A stretch of 64,000 bases of DNA from an uncultured Chloroflexia bacterium (GTDB taxonomy: Bacteria > Chloroflexota > Limnocylindria > Limnocylindrales > CSP1-4), in the NCBI GenBank assembly GCA_963776355.1, contig CAVZLU010000008.1, forward strand, positions 962,225 to 1,026,224, given 5' to 3'. A model generated the notes under the pieces. The model ran no database searches, was not told the origin of the DNA, and was given only the letters and a program-made list of their open reading frames with translations. Below, in pieces: positions 18,969 through 28,150 of this stretch. Each line of letters starts with the position of its first letter. Position 1 is the stretch's first letter. Position numbers and translations under genes: made by a program.

Positions 18969-20786
18969 TCAGGCGGCACCTCGGTCGGTGGCTGAGCGGT
19001 GGGTCCGGGATCGAGAACGTCGGCGAGGTTCGTGGAGCCGGGCCCTGGCAGCGACCGCCTCGCCCCCGTCATCCGCGGCCACCGGGGTGCCCGCGATCTG
19101 TCCCGGTCGCTCGTCCTCGATGCGATCGACGCTGACCCAGCGCGGATCGACGACGAGGTGGAGGACGGTCGGCCGGCGGGCCGCGAGGGCGGCGCGCAGC
19201 GCCGGCTCGAATGCCTCGTCATCCTCGACCCGGAACCCGGCGGCCCCGAACCCGGCGGCGACCTCGGCCCAGTCCACGGGACCGAGCTCGGTGGCGACGG
19301 GCGGCAGGCCCCGGCGCGCCTGGTGGTCGAGGATGGTGCCATAGCGGGCGTTGTCGAAGACGAGCACGAGCGGGCGGGCTCCTTCCCGGACGGCGGTCTC
19401 GAGCTCGGCGCCGGTCATGCCCATCCCGCCATCCCCGACGAGGGCGACGACCGGGCGACCGGGCGACGCGAGCGAGGCCGCGATCGCGGCCGGGAGGCCA
19501 TAGCCCATGGCTCCGGCAGTCGTGCCAAGGTACGTTCCCGGGCGGCGCAGCCACAGGCCGCGGGCCGCCCAGCCGCCGAAATGGCCGGCGTCCGTCGTGA
19601 TGATGGCGTCGGGCGGCAGGATCCGCTCCAGGGTCGCGACCACGCGCCCGGGGTGGACGCCGGGGCCTTCCCACGGCGCCGAGTCGACGATCCGCGCCGC
19701 CTCGTAGGCCGCCCGATCGGCCGCGTTGGCAGCCCGGCGACGTTCGAGGGAGGCCATCGCAAGGACGCCGCCGCCGAGCACGCGGCGGGCCTCGCGGACG
19801 AAGGTTCGCGCGTCGACGGCCAATGCGATCGTCGGGGCGCCCGGGGCGGCGTGGCCCCCCTGGGGCTCGATGTCAACGTGGGCCCATCGGGCACCGCTCG
19901 CCGGCACCGACCAGCCGTGGGATGCCACCTCGTTGAGGCGGCAGCCGAGAACGAGGACGGCATCGGCCTCGAGCAGGCGCGGGTGCACCGTCGAGGCCGC
20001 GAAGTAGCCGCTCATCCCGAGGTAGAGGGCGTTGTCGTTGGGAAAGACGTCCGGGCGCCGCCAGGCGGCCACCACCGGAACCTCGGCGAGCTCGGCGAAT
20101 CGGACCAGGTCGGCGGTGGCCCGCGAGCGCAGGACGCCGGCTCCGGCCAGGATCACGGGCCGCTCCGCGTCGAGCAGCAGGTGCAGGATCCTCCGGGTCG
20201 TGGCGGGATCCGGCTCGGGAGCCCGCGAGGGGCCGAGGACGGTGGCCGTGGCCACGCGCCCCGGATCGACCGGGGCGACCTCGTCGAGCAGGTCCTCCGG
20301 AAGGCTGAGCAGGACCGGGCCGGGGCGGCCGGTGGTCGCCCGACGGAGGGCCTCGTCGAGCACGCCCGGCAGGGCCGCCACGTCGCGCACCTCGCGAGCC
20401 CAGCGACACAGGCCACCGAGGGTCGCGACGAGGTCGACCTCCTGGAACGCCTCGCGTCCGCGCGACGCCCGCTCGACCTGGCCGACGAGGGCGACCAGGG
20501 GGACCGAATCAGCATGGGCGGCGTGCAGCGCGATGGCCAGGTTGGCAGCGCCGACGGCCCGCGTGACCAGCACCGCTGCCGGCCGCCCGGTGAGGGCGCC
20601 GTGGGCGACGGCCATGAACCCGGCGCCCCCTTCATGGCGGGCGGCCACGACGCGGATGCCGGCCGCGGCCATCCCGTCGAGAAGGGGCAGGAAGCTCTCG
20701 CCCGGGACGGTGTAGGCGATGCGGATGCCGGCCGCGGCAAGGATGTCCGCCACGAAGCGGCCGGCGGTGCCCTCCGATCCGGTCAT
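18969..20786 (-). CDS. Thiamine-pyrophosphate enzyme, acetolactate synthase large-subunit-like
   Basis: RFVADILAAAGIRIAYTVPGESFLPLLD...ARHEGGAGFMA...VALVGDGGMGMTGAELET (TPP motif). The last ~50 aa are Arg-rich and may be off-frame. Confidence 0.8.
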   Translation of the reverse strand: MTGSEGTAGRFVADILAAAGIRIAYTVPGESFLPLLDGMAAAGIRVVAARHEGGAGFMAVAHGALTGRPAAVLVTRAVGAANLAIALHAAHADSVPLVALVGQVERASRGREAFQEVDLVATLGGLCRWAREVRDVAALPGVLDEALRRATTGRPGPVLLSLPEDLLDEVAPVDPGRVATATVLGPSRAPEPDPATTRRILHLLLDAERPVILAGAGVLRSRATADLVRFAELAEVPVVAAWRRPDVFPNDNALYLGMSGYFAASTVHPRLLEADAVLVLGCRLNEVASHGWSVPASGARWAHVDIEPQGGHAAPGAPTIALAVDARTFVREARRVLGGGVLAMASLERRRAANAADRAAYEAARIVDSAPWEGPGVHPGRVVATLERILPPDAIITTDAGHFGGWAARGLWLRRPGTYLGTTAGAMGYGLPAAIAASLASPGRPVVALVGDGGMGMTGAELETAVREGARPLVLVFDNARYGTILDHQARRGLPPVATELGPVDWAEVAAGFGAAGFRVEDDEAFEPALRAALAARRPTVLHLVVDPRWVSVDRIEDERPGQIAGTPVAADDGGEAVAARARLHEPRRRSRSRTHRSATDRGAA

Positions 20787-20891
20787 CTACTTGGCCACGC
20801 CGGCCGGCAGCGAGGTCACCATCAACCCGACGACGACAAGGATCACCACGAGCACGAGGACGAGCCGCAGGATCGGCGATCGCGAGAGCAC
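20787..20891 (-). CDS. Candidate 34-aa single-TM micropeptide
   Basis: GGGAAGGGGAG-tgac-GTG. MLSRSPILRLVLVLVVILVVVGLMVTSLPAGVAK. Its TAG directly abuts the ATG of the TPP enzyme. It is below the ORF-track size cutoff. Confidence 0.35.
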   Translation of the reverse strand: MLSRSPILRLVLVLVVILVVVGLMVTSLPAGVAK

Positions 20892-20905
20892 GTCACTCCC
20901 CTTCC

Positions 20906-21397
20906 CTACCGGTAGTTCGTGAACTGGAGCGGCACGGCCTCGTCGAGCTCGCGCAGCCGCGCGATCACCTTCTGCAGGTCGTCCTTGCTCTTCGCCGAGA
21001 CGCGGACCGCGTCGCCCTGCACCTGGCTCTTCGCCTTCGGGAACTCGTCCCGGATCATCCGGGTGATCTTCCGCGCGAGCTCGTCGGGGAGGCCGCGGCG
21101 CAGGTCGACCCGCTGGCGCACGGTCATGCCGCCGGCGGGCTCGATCGGCCCCCAGTCGAAGATCTTCAGGGACAGGCTGCGGCGAATCGCCTTCGACTCG
21201 ACGAGGTCACGGATCGCCTTCGCCCGCAGCTCGCTGTCGGTGTGGATCGTCAGCGCGTCCTTCTCCTGCGTGATGTCGGCGAGGGCGCCCTTGAAGTCGA
21301 AGCGCGTGACGATCTCCCGACGAGCCTGGTCGAGGGCGTTCCGCAGCTCCTGGGCGTCGAATTCCGAGACCACGTCGAACGAGAACTCCCCTGCCAT
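20906..21397 (-). CDS. yajQ: YajQ family (UPF0234) nucleotide/c-di-GMP-binding protein
   Basis: MAGEFSFDVVSEFDAQELRNALDQARREIVTRFDFKG...LQFTNYR. The RBS is GGAGGAG. The start is ATG 21397. Confidence 0.85.
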   Translation of the reverse strand: MAGEFSFDVVSEFDAQELRNALDQARREIVTRFDFKGALADITQEKDALTIHTDSELRAKAIRDLVESKAIRRSLSLKIFDWGPIEPAGGMTVRQRVDLRRGLPDELARKITRMIRDEFPKAKSQVQGDAVRVSAKSKDDLQKVIARLRELDEAVPLQFTNYR

Positions 21398-21442
21398 CGG
21401 CTCCTCCGTGCGGGCCGCGCGCGGCCGTCTGGGCTCCGCCCA

Positions 21443-21448
21443 AGTATG
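21443..21448 (-). promoter_or_regulatory. -10-like CATACT upstream of yajQ
   Basis: Minus strand gcgcCATACTtgggcggag, 46 nt upstream of the start. It is a weaker member of the recurrent GC-TAnACT family. Confidence 0.25.
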
Positions 21449-21480
21449 GCGCCCGGCGCGCCTCGCCGTCGCCCGGAGGC

Positions 21481-21987
21481 TCAACCCGGGGCGGACCCGC
21501 CGCCGATCACCCGCTCGAGGAGCAGCAGCAGGGCCGCTCGGGCGCTCGATGCCTTGTTGTCCTCGCGGTCCCCGGACCAGGTGAACCGTCGAACCTGGCC
21601 TCCGGCCGCGTCGGCGACGGCGACGTACGTGAGGCCGATCGGCTTGCCGGCGGTGGCGCCTCCGGGACCGGCGATCCCGGTCACCGCGACGCCGACGTCG
21701 GCGCTCAGGAGGGTCCGGGCTCCCTCGGCCATCGCCAGCGCGACCTGGGCGCTGACGGCGCCGTGGGCGGTCAGGACGGCCGCCGGGACGCCGAGCATCG
21801 ACCGCTTGGCCTCGTCCTCGTAGGCAATGAAGCCGCCGGCCAGGTAGCCGGAGGAGCCCGGCACGTCGGTCAGCGCATCTCCGACGCGACCGCCCGTGCA
21901 GGACTCGGCGAGGGCGACGCGCAGCCCGGCCGCGAGGCAGGCGGCCTGCACCTCTGCGGCGAGCTGGGCGAGATCCGGGGCGGCCAC
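21481..21987 (-). CDS. CinA-family C-terminal domain protein (PncC-like NMN amidohydrolase)
   Basis: LAESCTGGRVGDALTDVPGSSGYLAGGFIAY...AVSAQVALAMAEGAR...VGVAVTGIAGPGG. Confidence 0.85.
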   Translation of the reverse strand: MAAPDLAQLAAEVQAACLAAGLRVALAESCTGGRVGDALTDVPGSSGYLAGGFIAYEDEAKRSMLGVPAAVLTAHGAVSAQVALAMAEGARTLLSADVGVAVTGIAGPGGATAGKPIGLTYVAVADAAGGQVRRFTWSGDREDNKASSARAALLLLLERVIGGGSAPG

Positions 21988-21997
21988 GGGGAGCCCG

Positions 21998-23359
21998 TCA
22001 GTTGGAGGCCTTGGGCGCCTTGCCGGGCTCGATGCGGAAGGTGCCGGGGTTGGCCGCCGTGCCGAGGGCCCCGTACGAGGTGCCGTTGACGGTCACGTAC
22101 GTCGTTGACACCTTGCCGGTCCGGATCTCGATCAGCTTGGTTCCCTGGAACGTGAGCGTCTTGCCGGCCGTGAACACCTTGCCGCCGGCGCCCGTCTGGG
22201 GGGAGACCACGCCGTCGATCCAGACCTTGAGCCAGGTTCGCTGGTTCTTGATGTCGATGACGACCGTGAGGCCCTGGTAGGCGACCGTCACGTTGCGAGT
22301 CAGGGTCGTGCTCTTGCCCTGGTCGCCGAGCGCGGCCACGGTGATCGTCCAGCGACCCGCGGTGAGATCGACGGCCGTCGAGAACGAGCCGTCTTCGGCC
22401 ATCTTTACGTTGGCCGATGGGATCGCGGCCGGGGTCGCTGCCGCCACCGCGCCCTGCCCGGGCGCCGGCCCGACGTACGCCGCCGAGACGGAGACCGAGG
22501 TCGCGTCGGTGGCCGTGCCCGCGACCGGGATCGCGCCGTTCTCGACACTGAGCCCCTCCTCGGGCGACGTCAGGACGAGGGTGGGCGCCGCGACCTGGGC
22601 GAACGGCACCGTGATGACGATCTGGACGGGAGCCACGGCGCCCTTGCCGGTGCTGGTGTCGATCGCCGTGACGTCGAATCGGTTATCGCCCCGCCGAAGA
22701 TCCACGACGGTCCGCCATACGCCGTCCCCGCCGGCGAGGACCCGGCTGTCCTCGCGCCCCGGGGCCTTGATCGTGACCTCGCCGTTGGCGATCGTGGTGC
22801 CGCGCAGGGTATAGGACGTGGTCTCCTCGGCGACCACCGTCACGGCGGCCGCCGGGTCGGTCACGGCGAGCGGTGGCGGCTCGGAGAAGCGGAGGAGCTG
22901 GAAGCCGATGTAGGCGATGATGCCGAGGGCCCCCAGGGACACCAGTGCAGCGACGATGATCCCTGGTCCGAGGACCAGGCCGCGCCGCGGGGCGTCGATC
23001 GGCCGCGGCACCACGATCGAGGGCTCGACCGGGACCTCTCCGCGCTCGCGGCCCCACGCCGCCAGCACCTCGTCGGCGTCGAGCCCCAGGTAGATCGCGT
23101 AGTTGCGGAGGAACCCCCGCGCGTAGACGCCCGGCGGGAGCTCCTCCCAGGCCCCGCGCTCCATCGCCGCGAGGTATGGGCGGCGGATCTTCGTCTCGCG
23201 CTCGGCTCGCAGGAGGTCGACGCCCTTCGCCTCCCGCGCGGCGACCAGGCGGTCGGCCAGCCGCTCACCGGGCGCGGCCGGGCGCGGTTCCTGTCCGCGG
23301 CTGCCGTCGCCCCCGCGGGCCGAGGATCCCAGCGGTCGGGCGTGCTCCCGAGTCGTCAA
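21998..23359 (-). CDS. RodZ-like HTH/DUF4115 membrane protein
   Basis: The HTH region is ...TKIRRPYLAAMERGAWEELPPGVYARGFLRNYAIYLGLD. It has one TM, Ig-like middle repeats and a DUF4115-like C-terminus. TTG start in a TTGA overlap with ftsK. Confidence 0.7.
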   Translation of the reverse strand: MTTREHARPLGSSARGGDGSRGQEPRPAAPGERLADRLVAAREAKGVDLLRAERETKIRRPYLAAMERGAWEELPPGVYARGFLRNYAIYLGLDADEVLAAWGRERGEVPVEPSIVVPRPIDAPRRGLVLGPGIIVAALVSLGALGIIAYIGFQLLRFSEPPPLAVTDPAAAVTVVAEETTSYTLRGTTIANGEVTIKAPGREDSRVLAGGDGVWRTVVDLRRGDNRFDVTAIDTSTGKGAVAPVQIVITVPFAQVAAPTLVLTSPEEGLSVENGAIPVAGTATDATSVSVSAAYVGPAPGQGAVAAATPAAIPSANVKMAEDGSFSTAVDLTAGRWTITVAALGDQGKSTTLTRNVTVAYQGLTVVIDIKNQRTWLKVWIDGVVSPQTGAGGKVFTAGKTLTFQGTKLIEIRTGKVSTTYVTVNGTSYGALGTAANPGTFRIEPGKAPKASN

Positions 23360-25698
23360 TCGTCGTCCCCGTGCTCGTCTGCCCTGGCGCGTCCGGCCCC
23401 GCCGTCACGGCGAAGCACCTGGCGCGCGTTCGAGCCGTCGAAGGCCCCGATATAGCCGCGCGCCTCGAGCTGGTCGATGATCCGGGCGGCGCGCGCATAG
23501 CCGATCTTCAGGCGCCGCTGGAGGAGCGACGCCGAGGCGCGATCGTACTCCTGGATCACGCCGACGGCATCCGGCAGGAGCCGGTCGGCATCGTCGTCGG
23601 CCAGGTCGTCGGCGGATCCCGTCGAATTCCTCGTCATCCTCGATGATCGCCAGGTCGTAGTGCGGCTCCGCCTCCGCCCGCCAGTGCGACGTGACCCCGC
23701 GGACCTCCTTGTCCGAGACGAAGACGCCCTGGAGGCGGATGGGCCGCGGCAGGTCGGACGGCTGGAAGAGCATGTCGCCGCGGCCGATGAGGTCCTCCGC
23801 GCCGGGTGCGTCGAGGATGGTGCGCGAGTCGATCTGGGAGGCCATCGCGAACGCGATCCGGCTCGGGAAGTTGGCCTTGATGAGGCCGGTCACGACGTTG
23901 ACCGACGGCCGCTGGGTGGCCAGGACCAGGTGGATGCCGGTGGCCCGGGCCTTCTGGGCGAGGCGGACGATGGGGTCCTCCACGGTCCGGCCGTCGCGCA
24001 TCATCAGGTCCGCCAGCTCGTCGACGACGATCACGAGGTACGGCAGCCGGTCGGCCGGGTCGACCCGCGTCTCGTTGTAGGCCGTGATGTTGCGGGCGGA
24101 GGCGCCGGCGAAGCGGCGGTAGCGGGTCTCCATCTCGGCCACCGCCCACTTGAGGGCGGCCCGGGCGCGGTCGGCCTCGGTGATCACCGGCACCAGCAGG
24201 TGCGGCACGCCGTTGTAGTCGGCGAGCTCGACGCGCTTGGGATCGACGAGGATCAGGCGCACCTCGTCCGGCGTCGCCCGCATGAGCAGGCTCGCGATCA
24301 GGGCGTTGACCATGACGCTCTTGCCGGAGCCGGTCGCGCCGGCGATGAGGAGGTGCGGCATCCGGGCGAGGTCGGCGGCCCGGGCGTGACCGGCGACGTC
24401 GCGTCCCAGGGCGAAGGCGATCCGCGACGGGATCGCGGCCACCTCCGGGTCCTCGAGGATCCGCCGGATGGCGACCACGTTGAAGTCCATGTTGGGGATC
24501 TCGATCCCGACGACCGACTTCCCGGGGATCGGGGCCTCGATCCGGATCGTGCGGGCCGCGAGGGCCATCGCCAGGTCGTCGGCGAGGCCCTCGATGCGGC
24601 TCACCTTGACCGAGGGGTCGGGCTCGACCTCGTACTGGGTGACCACGGGGCCCGCGTTCCAGCGCACGACCCGGCTGGGAAGGTTGAAGCTCGCCAGCTT
24701 GCCCACGATGATGGCCGCGTTCCGCTCGTGGTCCATGCCCCGGCCGGCCTCCCGGGCCGCGACGTCCTCGAGGAGCGTCATCGGCGGCAGGCGGTACTCG
24801 CGCGGCGCGGGCGGCTCCGGCCCATCGGCCGCCTCCATGACGCCGGCCGGGTCGGCGGGCGACGCGGCGCGGACCGGCTCGTGCTCGGGGCCGTCCACGG
24901 CCGGCGGGGCCGCGACCGCGGCCACGCCGCCGCCGCGGCCATCCCTCCCGAGAAGACCGACGAGACCTGGGCCGGGGCGGGCAACGGGGTCGGGATGTCG
25001 GGCCGAGCGACCGCGTCCCGGGCGCCCCGACCGTTGCGGACGGAGGCGGCGTCGTCGGCCGCAACGGCCCTGGGGCCGCGGCCGGCGGCCTGGGGCGGGC
25101 CGGCCGGCGAGTCGGAGGGCGGCGGCACGAGGGCCGCCCCGATCTCGCGGGCGCCGCGGCCCACGGGCGCAAGGAGCTCGCGTACCGGGCGGTCGAGGGC
25201 GATGACGGCCCCGACGACCAGGACCCCGAGGAGGACGACGAACGCGCCCGGGACGCTGACGAGGCGCACCATCGGGTCGGCGACCAGGGTGCCCAGCCGC
25301 CCGCCGCTGCGGTCCTCCAGAAGGCCCGCGGCGACGAAGACGGAGAGGATGCCCAGCAGGGCGACGTAGGCGAGCGTGGCTCCCACGACCGTTCGTCCCC
25401 AGCCGGCGCGCGGCCCGCGGGCCCGCTCGACGTAGACGCCGAGTCCGATGAGCAGGAACGGCAGCAGCCAGCGGCCGGAGCCGAACCAGGGCGCGATGAC
25501 GTGCACGATCCAGTCCGTGAGGGCGCCCTTCCCGGGCAGCGTCAGGCCCACGAGGATGACCGCCCCAAGGACGAGGAAGATCACCGCGACGATCGAGCGC
25601 GTGACGTCGGGGTTGAGGCGAGGGATGGACCGCGCCGGGCTGGCCCGGCGCGTGGCGCGGCGCGGCCGGGGCGCCGGCGTCTTGCGTCGCGTCGCCAC
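23356..25698 (-). CDS. ftsK: DNA translocase FtsK, read through two apparent frameshifts (about 24925 and about 23615)
   Basis: The N-terminal 4-TM domain (frame of 25698), the motor domain (LLIAGATGSGKSV, VIVVDELADLMM, LVLATQRPS) in a second frame, and the gamma winged helix (ASASLLQRRLKIGYARAARIIDQLE) are all present. The gamma domain is back in the first frame. Confidence 0.85.
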
Positions 25699-27393
25699 CT
25701 AGACCTCCACCACCACCGGGAAGACCATCGGCCGGCGTTTCGTCTGCTCGTAGAGGTAGCGGGAGACGCCGTCCTTGATCTGGCTCTTCAGGAGGGCGAC
25801 CTCGCTGATGTGGCTGCCGGGATTCTCGATCGCCGCGACGACGCGGGCCACCGCCTCGGCCATGATCGGGTCGTTCTCGTTGAGGTGGACGAAGCCGCGC
25901 GTGACGATCTCCGGCCGTCCCACGATCGTGCCCGTCTGCTTGTCGACCGTGACGACGACCATGAACATGCCGTCGTTGGCGAGCGCCCGGCGGTCGCGGA
26001 GGACGATCTCGCCCACGTCGCCCACGGAGAGGCCGTCGACGTAGACGTAGCCGGCGGTTACCGGCTGGGCGCGACGGGCGGACCCGTCGGCGAAGAACTC
26101 GATGGGCTGCCCGTTCTCGATGATGAGGACGTTGTCCGGCGCCACGCCGGTCTCCATCGCCAGGCGACCGTGCTGCACCTGCATCCGGAACTCGCCGTGC
26201 ATCGGGATGAAGTAGCGCGGCCGGGTCAGGACGAGCATGAGCTTGAGCTCCTCCTGGCTGGCGTGGCCCGAGACATGGGCCCGCTTGATGGCGTGGTAGA
26301 AGACGTTCGCCCCCGCCTTGAAGAGGTTGTCGATCGTCCGCGACACGTACTCCTCGTTGCCGGGAATCGGGCTGGCCGAGACGATGACGGTGTCACCCGC
26401 CTGGATCTCCACGAACCGGTGGTCGCGGTTGGCCATCCGGGCGAGGCCGGCCATCGGCTCGCCCTGGGCGCCGGTCGTGGCGATCACAAGGCGCTTCGGC
26501 GGTTGCGCGCCGATCTGGTCCTTGGAGATGATCCGGCCGGTGTCGTAGGTCAGGTACCCGAGCTCGGTGGCGATCCGGAAGTTCTGCTCCATCGACCGCC
26601 CCACGACCGCGACCTTGCGGTCGAAGGTCGCGGCGGCGTCGAGGACCTGCTGGATGCGGGCGATGTTGCTGGCGAAGGTGGCCACGATCACGCGCCCCTC
26701 GAGGGGCTCCATGATCTCGCGGAAGGCCTCGCCCACCGTTCGCTCGGACGGCGTGTAGCCCGGGTTCTCGGCCCGCGTCGAGTCGGACAGCAGGCAGATG
26801 ACGCCCTCGGCGCCGAGCCTCGCCAGGGTCGCGAAGTCGGACGGCTTGCCGTCGACGGGCGTGTGGTCGAACTTGAAGTCCCCGGTGTGGACCACGACGC
26901 CCACCGGGGTGCGGATGGCCACGCCCATGGCGTCCGGGATCGAGTGGCCGATCCGGAAGGGGATGACGGTGAAGGGGCCGATGCTGAGCTCGTCGCCCGG
27001 GTCGAGCGGCAGCAGGGGGTTGTTGTGGAGCTTGTGCTCCTTCACCTTCGTGCCCAGCAGGCCGCGGGCCAGCGTCGAGGCATAGACGGGGACGCCGGGG
27101 AACTCGGGGAGCACGTAGGGCAGGCCGCCGACATGGTCCTCGTGGGCATGGGTGATGACGAACGCCTTCACCATCTCGCGGCGCGAGCGGAGATAGGCGA
27201 CGTCGGGAATCACGAGGTCGATGCCGAACATCTCCTCGTCGGGGAACATGAGCCCGCAGTCGACGACGATGATCGCGTCGTCGTACTCGAAGACGTACAT
27301 GTTCTTGCCGATCTCCCCCACCCCGCCCAGGGGGATGACGCGGAGCGGCAGGCCGAGGTCGGCCGGCTTCTGGACGGAGCCCTCGACGGTCAT
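25699..27393 (-). CDS. rnj: Ribonuclease J
   Basis: RVIPLGGVGEIGKNMYVFEYDD, ITHAHEDHVGGLPY (metallo-beta-lactamase/beta-CASP), 564 aa. Confidence 0.95.
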   Translation of the reverse strand: MTVEGSVQKPADLGLPLRVIPLGGVGEIGKNMYVFEYDDAIIVVDCGLMFPDEEMFGIDLVIPDVAYLRSRREMVKAFVITHAHEDHVGGLPYVLPEFPGVPVYASTLARGLLGTKVKEHKLHNNPLLPLDPGDELSIGPFTVIPFRIGHSIPDAMGVAIRTPVGVVVHTGDFKFDHTPVDGKPSDFATLARLGAEGVICLLSDSTRAENPGYTPSERTVGEAFREIMEPLEGRVIVATFASNIARIQQVLDAAATFDRKVAVVGRSMEQNFRIATELGYLTYDTGRIISKDQIGAQPPKRLVIATTGAQGEPMAGLARMANRDHRFVEIQAGDTVIVSASPIPGNEEYVSRTIDNLFKAGANVFYHAIKRAHVSGHASQEELKLMLVLTRPRYFIPMHGEFRMQVQHGRLAMETGVAPDNVLIIENGQPIEFFADGSARRAQPVTAGYVYVDGLSVGDVGEIVLRDRRALANDGMFMVVVTVDKQTGTIVGRPEIVTRGFVHLNENDPIMAEAVARVVAAIENPGSHISEVALLKSQIKDGVSRYLYEQTKRRPMVFPVVVEV

Positions 27394-27397
27394 GGAG

Positions 27398-28150
27398 TCA
27401 CCGGAAGAGCGTCAGCTGGTCGGAAGCCGGTGGATCCGGCTCGGAGGTGGCGGGCGACGGGGCGGGGGGTTCCGGGACAGGGGGGGCGGCGGCCGGCGAG
27501 GCACCCGCCGCCGGGGCGAGCTCCGGGCCGGTGGGTGTCGCCCCGCCCGGGCCTGCCCGCCGGGCGCGGGCGTCGTCGAGGGCAGCCGGGACGACCGCCA
27601 TGTCGGCGTAGCTCGCCTGCTCGATGGCCGGCGTGCGGAGCGCTGCCGCAGGATGGTAGAGGGCGAGCACGAGCGCGGCCCGGGCGCCGGTGGAGGGGTC
27701 CGCCGGACGAACCGTCCCGTGAGCCCGGCTGATCGTCGTGCCCGGCATGAAGCGGGCCATCGAGTGGCGTCCGAGGGTGACGACGAGCGCCGGGTCCAGG
27801 GCCTCGAGCTGGCGCTGGAGGAACGGCAGGCAGGCGGCCATCTCATCGGGCTCCGGATCCCGGTTGTCGGGCGGGCGGCACTTGACGATGTTCGTGATGA
27901 AGGTGTCCTCCCGCCGCCAGCCGATCGACGCCAGCAGCTGGACGAGCAGGTCGCCCGCCCGGCCGACGAAGGGCCGGCCCTGGCGGTCCTCGTTCACGCC
28001 GGGGCCCTCGCCCACGAAGACCACCTCCGTGCTCGGGTGCCCCTCGCCCGGGACGGCGTTCGTGCGGCCCTCGTGGAGCCGGCAGCGCGTGCAGGCCCGG
28101 ACCTCCGCCGCGATCGCCTCGAGCGCCGCGCGGCGTTCGGCCTCGGTCAC
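27398..28150 (-). CDS. udg: Family 4 uracil-DNA glycosylase with Pro/Ala-rich tail
   Basis: ACTRCRLHEGRTNAVPGEGHP..VVFVGEGPG..GRPFVGRAG..FITNIVKCRPP..LYHPAAALR. GTG start in a GTGA overlap with asd. The C-terminus is ...SDQLTLFR. Confidence 0.85.
   Translation of the reverse strand: MTEAERRAALEAIAAEVRACTRCRLHEGRTNAVPGEGHPSTEVVFVGEGPGVNEDRQGRPFVGRAGDLLVQLLASIGWRREDTFITNIVKCRPPDNRDPEPDEMAACLPFLQRQLEALDPALVVTLGRHSMARFMPGTTISRAHGTVRPADPSTGARAALVLALYHPAAALRTPAIEQASYADMAVVPAALDDARARRAGPGGATPTGPELAPAAGASPAAAPPVPEPPAPSPATSEPDPPASDQLTLFR

Noticed and set aside
23614-23629. Adjacent BamHI (GGATCC) and EcoRI (GAATTC) sites exactly at the ftsK gamma-domain frame break, raising suspicion of vector or polylinker contamination.
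   Set aside because: The 16 nt do not match any polylinker I know. Both flanks translate into contiguous FtsK sequence (EEFDG / SADDL), so this is most simply coincidence plus a one-base indel.
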